Below are positions 1-11,670 of a DNA stretch of 64,000 nt, in pieces; within the stretch, counting starts at the first letter, position 1; each line of letters opens with the position of its first letter. A program made the position numbers and the translations under genes. This stretch comes from Takakia lepidozioides (Eukaryota; Plantae; Bryophyta): assembly GCA_030704615.1 (NCBI GenBank), contig CM060734.1:5022001-5086000 (forward strand). Reading direction: 5' to 3'. The notes under the pieces are model-generated. The model was given only the letters and a program-made list of their open reading frames with translations, had not been told where the DNA came from and did no database searches.

Positions 1-608
1 GGGCATCTTGGTGGTGTTGTTGAGCGGGGCCTCAGTTTGTGAGTTGGGGGCTGATTGCATTGAAGCCCTTTTGCGTTTTGCTGCTGGGCAGTCGGCACGA
101 AGGTGGCCAGATTGTCCACATGAGTAGCAAGCTGTAGAGGAGGTGTCTTCCACAATTTTGACCGAGAAATAATTTCCCTCCATATCAATGGGCAATCTAA
201 TGAATTGAGGTAGAATTGCATCTATTGGCATTGTGACCACAATTTTTGGGAATCCATTGTCGTTGATCCTAGATGCAATAGTGGCCCCCTTCCATGCTGG
301 CTCTTTGGAAAGCTCCTTTGTGCACATAAATGGGTCAAACACCCCCAGGCACCCAAGGAAGACCCCGAAGTAGTTGCCATGTCCGGGAGGCTGAAAAGGT
401 GCTGATCCGAAATGTAGGGAAGAGCGATGATGCGAGGGGCCCACACCTTGCCATTGCCATTACCCATTGCCGCAGACCACGGAAAAATGTTAACATTTAA
501 ACCATGGAGGTGTGGGTTGAATGAGAGGGCCTTATCTGCAACCTCCTGAATTTCCATCAAAATTGAATAGAAGCCTTTGCCTCTAGAGTGATAGAAGTGG
601 TGGTTCAA
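1..608 (-). pseudogene. LINE ORF1 remnant (DUF4283-like region plus CCHC zinc knuckle), frameshifted
   Basis: Minus strand reads RGKGFYSILMEIQEVADKALSFNPHLHGLNVNIFPWS (plant LINE ORF1-like). Another frame at ~85-130 reads CYSCGQSGHLRADCP (CX2CX4HX4C). Confidence 0.7.
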
Positions 609-1271
609 ATACCCCGATCCCCTGATCCCCCCTTATTTATAAAAGGAGGAAAAAATAACCTAAAAAGATACAAGCCATGGAGGCTGAGAAGCCTCTCGGG
701 GAGTGCACGAAATTCAGGGATGCAAAGCGAGCTCTTTCTTTCTTCTTTTTCCTTTTTTTTAAAAAAAAATTAAAAAATTAAAAATTAAAAATTAAAATAA
801 TTTATGGATCGACTTTTCCAAAAATTGACGGATACAATTTCATTAAACAGCAAAAAAAAAGAAATTCTTCCCCACAATAATCGACTATAGTAAGTTCCAG
901 CATAGGTGCTCTGTCCCCTGTATATTACAAAATTAAAATTGAGTTATTTATATAATTATGATGTTGGTATATTAATTCCTGATCATTTGAAATGGTCCAC
1001 CTTCCAGCAGCTTTGGTCGACCCAATGAACATTTCCTTTGTAAACTGTCTGGAGAGCCCCGTTCCACAGATTCCACGAATATGATGGTGGAATATCACAT
1101 CCTAGTTATTGTCGGGCGTATCTTTTTAAGACTGTGGCACTAGTTGGGGTTTTTGTGCCCTGCCTGTGCATAACCGATTTTTAGAGCAGACTCGCTGATG
1201 TGGCGTGTTTCTACTGGATTTGAGGAGGGGTTCTATATGTGGTATTACAACCTACTAGATTTTAATTACCT

Positions 1272-1480
1272 ACGCGGCTCGGCAGGTCCTGGCTCCTGCT
1301 ATATCCGGTTGTGGTAGGTAAGTACAAGGGTAAACTGACTAGCTCGCTGCCCTAAAAACCGGTTATGTCCGGTAGCGCTCGAGAGGAGCTCCCTGCTATC
1401 GGATATAGCAGATCGCCATGACACCTCGCCGCTAACGCGGCTCAGTAGGTCCTGGCTCCCTGCTATATCCGGTAGCAGGG
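1272..1480. repeat. Short GC-rich direct/inverted repeat cluster, possibly a MITE or TE-end remnant
   Basis: cgcggctc(g/a)g(c/t)aggtcctggctcc(c)tgctatatccggt occurs at ~1273 and ~1437, with an inverted ggatatagcag segment at ~1401. Confidence 0.5.
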
Positions 1481-3358
1481 GCTCCTCTCAAATGCTACCT
1501 AGTCCATACCTTAGGGCGTTACCACACGAGCGGCAGTGAGCTCGAGTGACATGGAAGTCCTTGGCTAGGATTGTAGCACCTGTATGTTATGGAGACTAGG
1601 CCCATGTCAACAAAAACAAACCAACGCTACCACATGAGCGGCAGTCGGGCACGGGAACAGATCATTGAGAAGCAAAAATGAATTAACCAGATGAGGGCCA
1701 CGGCGAGAAAGAGCAGATCGCGACAAAGCACTTCCCTAACATTTCGGATTTCCAGGCAATAGTCCCTGGAAATCCTACTTTCACGGAGAGGCTCCACATA
1801 AGCACCACGTCATATGGCCTTCTCGTTGCTGTTCCTCCAGTGTGGTAGCTGAGGGCCGTATCAGTTTACGAGCCATCAACCAATCAGCAGGCCTTCAGCA
1901 GGTTGCGGGGACTTCCACTGCCTCGTGTGGTAAGGCCCTTAGGTGATCTAGGGTTCAAAGTGTCCACCTTCGAAGCTTCGAACGGCCGGCCTTTGGGGCA
2001 GAGATACAATAATAATTTACGCTCCTCCTCTTTCTTCTTTAAGATGCTGCCCCAAGTGCTTTCCGGCTTTTCAAATCATTCCCAAAAAGCCTTGGGCAGG
2101 AGCTTTAGGTCTACGCAACAACGTGGGACACGTCCCCCTAATCCCAAGTGCTCATTTTCTTTCTGTATTTTAGTGCCACCTCCTTGGGCATAATGTTTCC
2201 ATATCACCGATGACTGATTGCCAAGTAGCACACGGACTTCCATGTGACTTTTGATCAGAAAGGTCATGCGAACAGCCAATCACCAACTGCCAAGTATACC
2301 TACCGGCTGAATGGATGAGCACTGCTGTCGAATTATCATTTGCCACAATGTGTGATGGCCCTAGTTGAGGAATTTCGCTCCCACTATGACTCTTGTCGTC
2401 CCCCCCACAGATGTAGCCACCCACCACCCACCATGTCGCGCACTCGAGCAGATTGACAATTGAATTTTTGTAGCGGCGTGAGTCTCTGCAGACGGACTTC
2501 TCATGTTTCAGATATAACGCCCTCCTTCACACCATGCTCTTCCCCTCTATTAGGAAAAGGGAGATGGGTACCTTACAGAACTGGAAGGTTCCAACGGGGA
2601 CTAGTATCTTGTGGTACTGTGGGAGTGTACTGAAAACACAAAGGAGCAAATTTTTACGTCAACATGTGTACTTGTCTGTCCCGCTTGGTGCCCTATACCA
2701 TTCCCGGTCCTACCTTTGGGTACAGTCATAATTATATTTCTCTTTTAGTTGGGCTGTCCATTTAAATGGATATTATCATTGTTTGGAAAATAGGCAAATC
2801 TACTTACAACAAGCGTCTAGTCGCGTATGGCTCTTCTTTGTGACTAGTGAAATCTACTTTTCATCCATAATAAACTTGAAAATCTATCCATTTATTTTTC
2901 ATAAATTGGTCAATAAAATAGATGTTACCTGAGGGAGATGTTACTTGGAGAAGGTACATCATGGAAGTAATTTTAGCAAAGAGATGAGGTGACATTGGGA
3001 AAGGCACAACAAAGGCTTAGCAATTTTTGACACTGATGCGTAATCTCCTCTGTAGAATAAAGAAGAGCCAATAAGGGACCATATTCGTATATATATATAT
3101 ATATAACTTTTATTTTATTTTTCTTGTAAGAACAGGGGACAGTGGCCCTGGAAGTTTTATTAAAAAAGAGTAAGGAAAAAATAACCTTACAGAGAGCCAT
3201 AAGGCAGATGATTGAGGTTCCACTCTGAGCCAGAAATAGAAGAGAAGAAAATGAGAAGAACGAGGACGAAGTAAGAGTGAGGAGAGAAGAAAGCCATAGA
3301 CTAAGGTACCCTGCATTAACCGCCCAGGGCCACCGAAACTCCTTCCCAAGAGGTCTCT

Positions 3359-4371
3359 CTAGTTTAAAGAAGGGGAGGAACCACCAGCAGCTTTCCTGTT
3401 CTTGATCAGCTCTGGTAACCCTGCCCTGTCTGGACAATGCTTAGTCCAGTGCTCAAAAGATCCACAGATGTAGCATGCAGCACAATTACCTTCATATGCT
3501 TGACTAGTTTGGGTGCGACCCCTATTATTGCCACTTGTTTGCCTTTGCGCATGGCGAGGCTGCCAACGCTGTTGATGAGCTTGCATTGCAGCAAATTGAG
3601 TGGCTACAGACTCACTAAGACTGCCTACTGTGTTGGCCAACCCTTGAAGGGTGAAGTCATATGTTTTGCAATGCATCACAGAAGGAACATAAGGTACAGA
3701 TGTTGCAGCCATGCCAAGCTCGGAGCCCATTGGAGCTTGAAACTTGGCATGATGTTGCGTTGATTTGCTGTCAGCCAAGTCTACCATCTTAAGGTTAACA
3801 TAGTTTCGTCATTGACAAAATGACGACGTTGAGCCCAATTTTGAATAGCAGGGGGCAAGCCAAGGAGAAAATACCTTTTGACCTTGCGATCTCTCTCTGC
3901 TGGGTCAATGATGTTCTCAACAGCAGCAAACTTGATGTCCATGTAGAATTGCCACAAGGATTCCCCAGGCTGGTAAGTTCTGGAAGAGAGCTTAGCAAAG
4001 CACTCTAGAGGCCTTTCAGGAGGCTTGAACAAGGTCTTAGCCCATTCTATAAGGGTTGCCCAATTGAGGCTGGGATCATCCATGACTGCTGCATGCAGCA
4101 AGTCCCGGGCTGACCCCTTCATGCTCATCCTAAAGATGGCCATTTTGAAGTTCTCAGGCACTCCATTTACGCTAGCAATGACTTCAAACATTCGAAGGTA
4201 CCTATCAAAATCTTCCCCCATAGTATACTCTTGATAGGGTTGAGTGGTGAGCTGAGGGATCAGATAACAAGGCAGGCTGTGGTTTATGTGCCCAGGAAGA
4301 ACAAATGCATGAGCAGCGCAACAGGGAACAGTGGCTTGAGTAGGAACATAAGTGCTACTGGCAGTATGCAT
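3359..4371 (-). mobile_element. gag: Ty3/gypsy LTR-retrotransposon gag remnant with zinc knuckle
   Basis: Retrotrans_gag-like GEDFDRYLRMFEVIASVNG...MKGSARD...WATL...YQPGESLWQF...YFLLGLPPAIQ, followed after a frameshift by CYICGSFEHWTKHCP. Confidence 0.8.
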
Positions 4372-4695
4372 AGGATTAGCAGCAGATGCAGTACTTTAAT
4401 TAACCCCACTAATGGCTGGTCCCATACTAGAGGATGGCAGACTTGCATGTGGTGCCCGCATGCCCATGGGAAGGGCATGTGATACCACATTTGACTGAGC
4501 AGCTGGATAAACTGACTGTAGGTGGGGCTGTGGCACGCCACTCATGGGAGGAGTGGATGTCACTCCCACCATAGGAGCTGTTCTAGATTGAACAGGAAGA
4601 GTCTCCACATGACGTGCATGACCAGCAGACGAGGTGGAGGGCACTGGTGCTACTGTCCCCCCACCCGCAGCAAGACTGGAGACATTCAACAAAGG

Positions 4696-4857
4696 GATGG
4701 CTTCAATGGGTATAACCAAATACAAGTAGCTGAAGAGGATCAGGGAAAGACAGCCTTTATTACTGACTGGGGTGATTATGCATACAAAGTCATGCCTTTT
4801 GGACTTTGTAATGCACCAACAACTTTCCAGAGAGTGATAAGTGAATCTTTCCATGAG
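4696..4857 (+). mobile_element. Short Ty3/gypsy (Athila/Tat-like) reverse transcriptase fragment
   Basis: DGFNGYNQIQVAEEDQGKTAFITDWGDYAYKVMPFGLCNAPTTFQR matches the canonical gypsy RT motif MPFGLxNAPxTFQR. Confidence 0.88.
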
Positions 4858-5059
4858 AACTGCAATAGCCTACACTTGAAGCTATTGCTAAGAGAGAGCC
4901 TTAAGAACATACAAGGGAGTAGAACTAACTAAGAGCTATTCCTTTTTCTTTTTGTAGGCTCAAACGAAAGCTGGGTTTTCGACTTCCCCTTTCTGAGACT
5001 CCTTTTCTGGTGTCTCCCATTAACTTCAGCGCCATCAGAACCCAAGGGAGAAAATCGAG

Positions 5060-8000
5060 CACTAACCGAGCTGCCAGCAGGGAGGCAGTCTATCTGCCCA
5101 TTTGATTCTAGAATCCAAAATACGCCTGCAGAACACCCCACCTTTCCTCCAAGAACTGTCGAAGGCAGAGATGAGCTGGTCTCTCTTTCTAGTCCCGCAT
5201 TTTGGCAAAGCTGTAATAAGAGACAACCAACACTTGCGAGCTTCAGACGTGAGGTCTGAGTGAGCCAAGTGCAAAAGCTTCTGCAAACAGGGCATTGAAT
5301 TTTGGAAAACAACAATACATCTCATTTCCAAATCTGCCATAAGATAGTTCCCCTCAACGTTTCCCGCACAAGACAAGAGCAGAATTGAGCCCCATTTCTA
5401 ATGTTCAACAGAACAACAAAGGTTGAGTATATAAGAGAAGCATTCCAATTGGAATAAAGGGTAAAAGCTCTGTTCTAGGTTGCAGCTGCAAAAGGACAAG
5501 AAACAAGGCAGTGTTCCATGTCTTCCGGGAGATTGAGGTTGCACATAGCACAGATGGATGGAGGATCTGAAATAGAAGCACCAACAAGCACAATTCTATT
5601 CGCAATTTTCCAAAGAAAGCCAGAAACTTTTGACGGCCTATGCTTTTCCCAGACATCAGCCCAGACGACCTTCCAGGGTATTTGTTGCTCCAAGGAATGT
5701 GCCCATTTTCTCTGCCACTTGTTTTGAAACAACCGTTTGGGCATCAGCAGGGAATACCCTAGTTTGACAGTGTAATAGAAAAAATGATCGTGCTTCTTAC
5801 TCATCCACAACCACTCCCCCGGATCAAATTGAAGCAACCTAATAGGTGCTGAGAGGAACCAGAAAAAAGACCCTCTGTAGTGCTACAGCTCCTCAGGTGG
5901 GGTAGGGTTAGTCTTCCTTGAGCAAGAGCAAAAAACCCTGATGTTGAAGAGATCAGTGCTGGCAGGCAGCATATGAGGCTTTGGATAGTACAAAAGGCCA
6001 TTTGGTTGAACACTGAAAATAATCCTAGAGAATGAGACGGGGCTTTTAGATGTAGCGTAGAAGGCCTTGGAATTATAACCTTCAGAGAAGCCAAGCCATC
6101 GTGGCATAGAGAAATTGTTCTGCTGGGAAAGACATGAAATCGAGGCGGCGGGGATGTCACCCATGACAATGCTCCATCCCCTGTTGATCCTTCTCAACGA
6201 GAAATTAGCAGCAGCAGTGGAGGGGGAGATGACAGTACCCGAGTCCAAGTCCCAGAAGTGCAACATGTGAGATAGTCCCGTTGACTCCCAATGTGCCCAT
6301 CGAGACGAGCAAGGTATTAGGCCTCGCAATCCCTGTTGTAGTTAGCGAACAGGGGCTGCCTGAGAACTTCATCAAATGTAGAGGGGATGGTTTGGAAGAG
6401 ATAACCTCTCATTTTGCACCATGCTATCCAAACTGTTTGCCATGCTTTAGATCCAATTCCCAGCTTCGAGTTGGTCTTGTCACTTTGTACTGTCCATCTC
6501 AAAGAGGCTGGCCACAGTGGGCTCGTATTTGGCTTGGCATTGGCAAGGTGGAATCTGACCAGACGGCTCCACGGGCTGGACATCCTAGTGAAGACTCTTG
6601 GAATCCACTTAGCAAGCAAAGCAATAATCTACGATTGGGGGTCAATGATTCCAAGACCCCCATTCTTCTTTTTCTGGCAAAGTTGTGCCCAAAGTTGGCA
6701 AAGTTCCTCACCATGGCTTTTAACTTTTTGATGATCTGAGGACTAGGAGACCAAACTGCTCCATTGAACCACGAAGAAGCCAAAAGAATCTGATTCGCTA
6801 TTAAAGTACGGCCCACAATGGATAAGTGCTGAGAGCTCCAGTAAGCAAATATTTTCTTCAGCTTTGAAAGAATTGCTGCAAACCTTAGCTCGTCATTTAA
6901 ATCATGCCCGATTTGGTGCCCCAATAGCACGTGAGCTTGACCTGTCTCCAACCAGCGCAAGCCCAGATCTTCGCCCCAAGAATCGCAATGTTTAGCCAAA
7001 CTGGAATCAGGCAGCAGGCTAAGTAACCCTACAGACTTTCTCCAATTTATATTGAGGCCCGAGGCATTGCAGAAGCTGGAAAAGGAGCTTAAGGCAGCTT
7101 TAACGCTGTTATCAATGTATAAAGTCGTATCGTCAGCATATAAGGAAGAGCGTATAGAGGATGATGGATCCAAAATCGGCGTGTGAGGAATTTTCAGCCC
7201 CCATGAATCATTCCTTTTATCCATCAAGTAACCCAGTCCATTTGATGCTATTAAAAATAGGAAAGGGGCTAATGGGCAGCCTTCCCTCACGGACTTGAAA
7301 AGAGGAAAAGGTTTGGACAAAGCGCCATTCATCATCACCCTGGATGCAGATGTCAGCAGAATCTTAATCCACAATAGAAATGAGCCAGATATGCCCGTAG
7401 CCTCCAGAGCAGCAAGGTGATAATCCCAGCTAATGCTATCAAAAGCTTTTTGGAAGTCGAGCATCAACATCGCAATAGGTTGTTGGAAAGACTAAGCATA
7501 ATGAAGCACTTCGCTGGCAAGAAGAATGTTATCCAAAATCATCTTGTTCTGCATAAAGCCTGATTGCTCCGGGCGGATCAGCTTAGGCAGCAAAGGCTAG
7601 AGCCGTAATGCTAACGATTTCGCAATGATCTTATACACACAGTTGAGTAAAGTTATAGGTCTGTAGTTGGATAGATCATCCCGCTCTCCTTTCTTGTAAA
7701 TCAGCGTTATGACCCCCTGAAAAAATTGCGAAGGCATAATGCATTTGTCCAGAATCTCATTAGCCATACGAAGGAAATCGTCCCCGACAACACCCCACAA
7801 TTCCTTAAAGAATTCAACCGGCAATCCGTCAAGGCCTGGGGTTTTAAGTGCACTTAAAGACTCCACCGCTTGCAGCAACTCCAGGGAGGTGAAAGGGGCA
7901 GAGAGGGCAGCTTGTTGTTCAGCAGTAAGAATTACCGGAAAGGAACTAATGACTTCCAGTCTGGAATCAACCGAGCTTGGAGTAGGGGCTGGACTGGAGA

Positions 8001-8060
8001 AGAGATCTGTAAAATGCGAGGCGGCAGCAGCAGCCATCTCTTTTGGCCTGCAGAGAGGGA
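5060..8060 (-). mobile_element. LINE (L1/Tx1-like) ORF2 pseudogene: RT domain plus zf-RVT, with the 5' part (endonuclease) missing
   Basis: KTPGLDGLPVEFFKELW, NYRPITLLNCVYKIIAK, LDFQKAFDSISW, SVREGCPLAPFLF, YADD at ~7129-7140, and a C-terminal W..VW...FLWK...CAMC...EDMEHCLVSCPFA. In-frame stops and frameshifts are present. Confidence 0.93.
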
Positions 8061-8061
8061 A

Positions 8062-8146
8062 GCTAGCGCGTGAGCGCGCTCACGCTTAGCGCACTAAGCG
8101 TGAGCAGACTTCGTTAAGCGTGAGCAGATTTCTTAAGCGTGAGCAC
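8062..8146. repeat. CGTGAGC motif cluster with a perfect 18-bp palindrome at the LINE breakpoint (candidate element terminus)
   Basis: GCTAG, then GCGTGAGCGCGCTCACGC (8068-8085), then TAAGCGTGAGCA x3 at ~20-bp spacing. LINE coding similarity stops here. Confidence 0.7.
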
Positions 8147-8620
8147 ATAAGGGAAGCGGAGCCTATAGCCGTGGGAAAAGCAGGACCTATTGTCGTGGGG
8201 GCAACGTTGAGTGGAACGGAGGGTAACATACGATGCCTGGGACCTAAGACGCCGAGTTCCATGCATGAAAAAGATGGATGAATGAACCATGGATGACAGC
8301 AATAAGATTTATGGTGAAAGAACATGAACGATGTTGAATGAAGTGTGTCATCCACTAGTTCAAAGTAATACTGATTTTGCCTCACCTAGTTTGGGTTGGA
8401 TACACTATACATGTCGGATAACAATGCCATACAGAAGCCCATGTAAGATTGATGTCATTCAAGAAAGTATTGCCATTGAATCGGTCATGACGTGGGTTAG
8501 GAGATGGTTGGGAAAAAATCATAGATTTCAATTCTATAGTGGAAAACAATTTTGATTGCAAAAAAAGGTTGATCTCATTCAAGAAAGTGTTGCCATCAAT
8601 TTTGACAAATTGACAACTTG

Positions 8621-9046
8621 AAATCAACCTGGTGTCAACACGAGGTTGATTTACGAGGACTTGAAATCAACCTTGTGTTAACACGAGGTTCATTTCCGGG
8701 AACTTGAAATCAACTTGGTGTTAACACGAGGTTGATTTCCGAGTGGACGTGGATGATTAAATGTTTTTGTTTTTGTTTTTTTGTTTTGTTTTGTTTTTGT
8801 TTTTTTGGGTGATGCAAATCAACCTTGCGTTGACGCAACCTTGATTTGAGAAATGAAAGCATCATTTTTGCACTGTTTTTTGTATTTTGTATGGGACACA
8901 ATCAAGGTTGCGTTAACGCGACCTTGATTATGCTATGGATTTTAATTGCCTCTTTCGGGAGATAAATCTTCGTCTTGCTTAGTGTTTCGTGTCTTCTAGT
9001 CTTTTGGGAAGTTTAGGGATCAACCTTGCGTCAACGCGACATTGAT
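8621..9046. repeat. Array of six imperfect 28-34 bp palindromes centred on GTYRAC
   Basis: AAATCAACCT(T/G)GTGT(C/T)AACACGAGGTTGATTT-like copies at 8621, 8664 and 8707 (43-bp period). Variants with a TTGCGT(T/C)(A/G)ACGC core at 8816, 8900 and 9019. Confidence 0.88.
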
Positions 9047-9113
9047 TACAAGGGGGTTTAATGGGAGTTAACAAGCACCTGTTGCATCTGTGTTTTCTGA
9101 ATGTATGGTTTAG

Positions 9114-9345
9114 GTACATCTACCATATCCTCATTCCGGGGAAGTATCTAAGCGATGACCCCGATTTCATCTACACATGGGTGGACCCATCAAATGACAA
9201 GACAATGTATACCTGTAGTTGGGATTGACAGATACTGGAGCAGGGCGCACTTCAGAGACTACGGGTGGTATCTTGACCTTCCGAAACAAAACACAACATT
9301 TGACGAGGTCGTGTTGAGGAACCTGAATGACAACTCAAGCACTCA
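9114..9345 (+). pseudogene. Isolated exon paralogous to the 14223-13572 exon of the ParB-MTase gene, frameshifted
   Basis: After a tttag acceptor: YIYHILIPGKYLSDDPDFIYTWVDPSNDKTMYT / GIDRYWSRAHFRDYGWYLDLPKQNTTFDEVVLRNLNDNS. This aligns with YTKYVLMEGNHLSGIPDYLDMWSDPTNDPTMYTAGILKDWSPSHFRDCGWYLDCPPEHTTFQEQHMKYLNNNA. Confidence 0.85.
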
Positions 9346-9509
9346 ACGCAAAAGAGCCGGAGAAGCATCGGATGCAAGCTCCAATTGCAGTGGATAGTCA
9401 TTTTCCGAATGATTCACCCTGTTCCAAAATATCTATCAATGAGCATGTGAGGGGGTTGTTTGATTTTTATCCGGTGTGTGCCTTTCTTTCAGTTCTTGTC
9501 TCCATAAGT

Positions 9510-9725
9510 CATTTCATCCATATAACTCCTTTCGTCCGCATTTGCAACTCCATTCATTCATTTTATATGGGTCGATAATACATCCAGTCTTTAACCATTC
9601 ACTCATCCTTCATGCATCGCGAAGCATATGTCCATCCATCAGCCATCTCGCATTCAACCATTCATGAATTATTCATCCATCATTCATCCAATATTCATCC
9701 ATCATTCATCCAGCAGTCATCCAAG
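9510..9725 (+). repeat. Degenerate (CATC/CATT)n low-complexity tract
   Basis: Dense tcatccatcattcatcca-type motifs. It is the reverse-complement counterpart of the tract at 11775-12120. Confidence 0.7.
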
Positions 9726-10314
9726 TACGCATGATATGTACACTCATTCCCGCGGAAATAGGTCTCCCGGGGCTTCCTCATCCGCGATTGTACCACGAAA
9801 ACCCTCGATTCCCGGTGATGAGTCGTGGTGAGTCTTGGCCCACCCACCACGGCCCCATTGGACCATGATGAGTCCCAAGACTCCCCACGACTCCCACCAC
9901 AAGGTCTCCGCCCCATGGTGAGTCCTATGCCACCCCCACTAAGACCCACTAAGCTACCACCACTCCTCGTGGACCCACCCCCACCGCAACCCGGTGTGCG
10001 GGGCTCCACCTAGTGAGCGCCTCCGCCTCCTTGAGTGCCTTGGGCACTCAAGGGTGCTTCAGCCCCCGTTCCTATTGTTGCCACTGCCCCCACCACAGGG
10101 GTAGCCCCTCTTGTGTCCCAAACCCCCCCCCCCCCCCCCCGGCCCTTAGGGCAAAGGGCCGCGACACTCCCGCTCTAGACTTTGCATAAACATCGGGATC
10201 TTTCAAATTCACTCCATCAATAGCACATAAGAAGCCAGGGAGAGGCGTGAGGCAACCCTTATCAGTTCCATCAAAAGAGTGGACGACACCCCTGTCTGCA
10301 GGCTAGTGGGGATT

Positions 10315-10395
10315 GCTAGTCCGTGAGCGGCTCACGCGAGCGGAAAGATGCGTGAGCGGGAAGATGCCAATCCGTGAGCGAAAAGATGCTCACGT
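10315..10395. repeat. Second GCTAG + CGTGAGC hairpin/motif cluster (candidate element terminus)
   Basis: GCTAG, then CGTGAGC-G-GCTCACG (10322-10336), further CGTGAGCG at ~10351 and ~10373, and inverted GCTCACG at ~10388. Same layout as 8062-8146. Confidence 0.65.
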
Positions 10396-10786
10396 AATAG
10401 GGTGCATGTGCCTGGTTCGCCATAAAAGGATGGTGTTGTTTGTCAAACCCCTGCGGACAGTCACGGAAGTATATATAGGGAGTAGTAACCCCGAGAACGG
10501 TGCAAGCCCGTTGGTGACCAAAAACTAGTGAGTAAGCGTGCGAGCCGGAAAGCGACCAAGGTGTGGGGAGCTGTTCCGGACTGCCAACAATCAAAGGGAA
10601 TTTCTACTAGGCCCAAATTGAGAGAGGGTCTTGTGGAGGAGCAAAAGGGGGACCGTTATGTCCCGGTGAGCAGCCGAAGCTCCAAGTTGGCCCGGCGGCC
10701 AGTTTGGGAGTTAGGCGCGTGCATCAAAGCGAACAACTATGACTTGAAGGGGAGATTACCGAGTGAGGTGCGCGACAGGGAGTGAA

Positions 10787-11583
10787 GATCATCGCGACTT
10801 GGTTGAAATTTATGATAAGCAACATTGTGTGAGCAGTGCTGATGGAAACTACTCTAACAAGAGTGCACGGGTGACCACTGTGACCCGGTTCAATGCGATG
10901 GGAGTTCCCCCTGAAATCGGAATGAGAATGACTGGTCATACCTCAGGAGAGGGTTATATGAGATATGACACAGATTCAGTGGGAATTTACATGCGAGCCT
11001 TGCAAAACATTGCTCGCGGCGTTCCTGGCACGGGAGGTGATATATCCTGGGAGGCTGCCTTGAAGTACGAGCAGAATCGATATCTGGAAGTGCAAGGAAT
11101 GTCAGTTCCAAGAGGCACATCTTCTTCTACCTGCATTGCATCAACTGTTCCAACTATTGGGCCTTTTGAACAACAGATAATACGTATCACTACTATCCCT
11201 ACCATTGAACCGGTGCCAACTTGTTTTTCCCATGATTTATGCAAGAAACTCCCGTTATCGGAGGATAACTTTTGGGAGCGTGAAGATGTCTTTTCCGAGG
11301 TTTCAGAAATGATGTAGCGTGGTAGAGCACTCCTTCCTCCTCGTCCCGATCCAAAATGTGGACCTGTTTATAGCGTTTCGAATAATACCTCCACTATAGG
11401 GAATACCATCTTTCACGGCAATCTTTCGAACTGCACAATCCAGCTTACTGTGCTTGATGCGGCTTCAGCAGCTTCCTTGCTTCATTGCAAAAAAAACAAA
11501 AAATGTATGACGTCTCCCGAAGGGAGCGTAACTTATGGTGTCATTTCACCACAGGGATGCCTCGGCGTGAGCCTGGTCACGTG
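10787..11583 (+). pseudogene. Crypton-like tyrosine recombinase, C-terminal catalytic portion, with an in-frame TAG at 11315-11317
   Basis: YSNKSARVTTVTRFNAMGVPPEIGMRMTGHTSGEGYMRYD fits the YR box-II pattern [H/K]xxR...GH...Y. Reading through the stop gives IFHGNLSNCTIQL, which resembles the NCT-I tail seen in Crypton/DUF3504-type proteins. No N-terminal Arg-I box is recognisable. Confidence 0.8.
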
Positions 11584-11670
11584 AGCGCGTGAGCGCAACT
11601 GCGCTCACGCCACGTCACCTTGCGCAAATGCCACGTCACGGGGCTCACTCCACGTCATCACACGTGAAGG
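11565..11670. repeat. Third CGTGAGC cluster with a perfect 11-bp-arm hairpin, plus CCACGTCA repeats
   Basis: GCGTGAGCGCA-AC-TGCGCTCACGC at 11587-11610. CCACGTCA at ~11610, ~11631 and ~11650. Confidence 0.7.

Noticed and set aside
1900-2730. Several short ORFs as genes
   Set aside because: No recognisable motif or consistent frame. Probably decayed TE or intergenic sequence.
8062-8085. Helitron 3' end (hairpin plus CTAG on the minus strand)
   Set aside because: The hairpin is directly adjacent to the CTAG rather than ~10-15 nt upstream, the next base is not T, and no Rep/helicase is seen.
8621-9046. CRISPR array
   Set aside because: Spacers are 11 bp or irregular and low-complexity, the repeats drift in sequence, and the context is eukaryotic.
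9825-10140. Proline-rich extensin-like gene and poly-C tract
   Set aside because: Short, low-complexity C-rich sequence with no signal peptide or SPPPP repeats. More likely a TE fragment.
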